A stretch of 64,000 nucleotides of DNA from Schmidtea polychroa. Taxonomy: Eukaryota. The notes under the pieces were generated by a model that saw only the letters and a program-made list of their open reading frames with translations, was not told the origin of the DNA and did not search any database. Below, piece after piece: positions 63,752-64,000 of the stretch (its first letter is position 1; each line of letters opens with the position of its first letter). Made by a program: the position numbers and the translations under genes. Location of the stretch: NCBI GenBank assembly GCA_044892525.1, contig CM097885.1, forward strand, positions 251,968,001 through 252,032,000, written 5' to 3'.

Positions 63752-64000
63752 ATGACTACCCCAACCAAGTCCGGAAGCACTCTTCGTCCTTGCTTTTCCT
63801 GTGCCGATAAAAATGCGGGGAATTATATCGGGGAATTAAAAAAGAGGATCGACCTCTACGAAGGAACGTGGTTCTCCCCGCCACAAATGAAAGAAGAGAG
63901 CAGTAAAATCTTGCGATTAGAACATTGTCGCGACAGCCTCCTGGAGGAGAGCCGCTGTCAGAGACTGACAATAAAGGCCCAGTCGGAAGCCCTCCACAAG
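63752..64000 (+). pseudogene. 'WFxP' protein, copy E (in-frame stop, truncated by the window end)
   Basis: TTTTAG|ATG; MTTPTKSGSTLRPCFSCADKNAGNYIGN*KKRIDLYEGTWFSPPQMKEESSKILRLEHCRDSLLEESRCQRLTIKAQSEALHK. Confidence 0.85.

Larger units (their letters stand above)
53503..64000 (+). mobile_element. Composite virus-like element (PEVE-like Rep plus second SF3 helicase, with TRAF, membrane and coiled-coil cargo); runs off the window
   Basis: Dense co-oriented ORFs with a composition unlike the host genes, two viral SF3 helicases, origin-like hairpins. The left boundary is inferred, not proven. Confidence 0.7.

Noticed and set aside
1-64000. tRNA, rRNA or other structured RNA genes
   Set aside because: None recognised by eye; a tRNAscan/Infernal run would be needed to exclude them.

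Overview
AT-rich, intron-containing eukaryotic (animal) scaffold with four N-gaps. The short GT-AG introns (about 45-60 nt), repeat content and a PEVE-like element are compatible with a triclad flatworm, but the host cannot be established from sequence alone. The left ~36 kb holds two host genes on the + strand: a multi-exon FAM13-family gene (exons traced 16499-24633, probably also 10946-11320 and 1712-2052) and a SENP6/7-type SUMO protease (29338-35910). Around them lie a Tigger/pogo element, hAT MITEs with intact TSDs, Ty3/gypsy relics and a minisatellite. The right ~24 kb is a nest of mobile DNA. The most notable part is 53.5-64 kb: an inverted-repeat-bracketed CCAAT/TATA promoter block, then a co-oriented, purine-rich gene cluster (FN3-like type I membrane protein, full RING-zinc finger-MATH TRAF, three coiled-coil ORFs). 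This is followed by an apparently spliced CRESS-virus HUH/SF3 Rep, a convergent stand-alone parvovirus-NS1-like SF3 helicase, candidate origin hairpins, and an unannotated 'WFxP' coiled-coil gene present in five diverged copies in the window. The Rep plus second-helicase pairing recalls the planarian PEVE element (from memory, needs verification). The TRAF and membrane cargo and the link to LTR-retroelement-associated modules are the apparently unexplained part. Most element ORFs carry frameshifts or stops, so this copy is probably integrated and decaying. All translations and alignments were done by eye.
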